DNA from: Octopus sinensis
Taxonomy: Eukaryota
Assembly: GCF_006345805.1 (NCBI RefSeq)
Contig: NC_042998.1
Coordinates: 207,328,001-207,392,000, forward strand
Direction of reading: 5' to 3'
Length of the DNA: 64,000 nt
Within the stretch, counting starts at the first letter, position 1, and each line of letters opens with the position of its first letter. Below are positions 63,761-64,000 of this stretch, one piece after another. The translations under genes were made by a program, and so were the position numbers. Below the pieces are notes generated by a model. That model was not told the DNA's origin and searched no databases. It saw only the letters and a program-made list of their open reading frames with translations.

Positions 63761-64000
63761 TTTTAAATAATAATGAAATTATTGTATACACTGCTCAGGT
63801 GCACCACAACATGGTATAATATTTATATAAACAATGTACGAGATGTCACTGGAATAATAACTAATCTATTCAAAAGCAATTAAGGTGTCAAAATAATGTT
63901 TAATTTTTTGCACAAGGCCAGCAATTTTGGGGTAGAGGGTACGCCGATTACATCGACCCCCGGAGTTAAATTGCTACTTATCGACTCCGAAAGGATGAAA

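Overview
AT-rich, microsatellite-dense eukaryotic DNA with one 100-N gap (41415-41514) and no confidently identifiable host gene. The repeat content resembles an octopus/coleoid cephalopod genome; this assignment is an inference. The window is a mosaic of tRNA-derived SINEs (at least four families), R4/Dong-like and CR1/RTE LINE fragments, a Penelope-like element (GIY-YIG), Helitrons (a RepHel helicase remnant plus ~390-bp non-autonomous copies) and Tc1/mariner relics. Most ORF-track entries are microsatellite or SINE artefacts. The main find is a hammerhead-ribozyme system. Two unrelated ~490-bp non-coding repeat units (8271-9310 and 38540-40045) each carry a type I hammerhead per unit and sit as tandem copies that flip into a long fold-back, like retrozymes or Penelope pseudo-LTRs. 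The Penelope relic and a dispersed short repeat family carry minimal hammerhead motifs. Other highlights: a U6 snRNA pseudogene fused to a SINE 3' half, a ~0.56-kb non-coding retroposon found almost only in (TAA)n arrays like the Dong-type LINE here, a Helitron flanked by an 84-bp direct repeat, and a mariner built from two left ends. All folds and translations were done by eye, and repeat boundaries are approximate unless termini are quoted.
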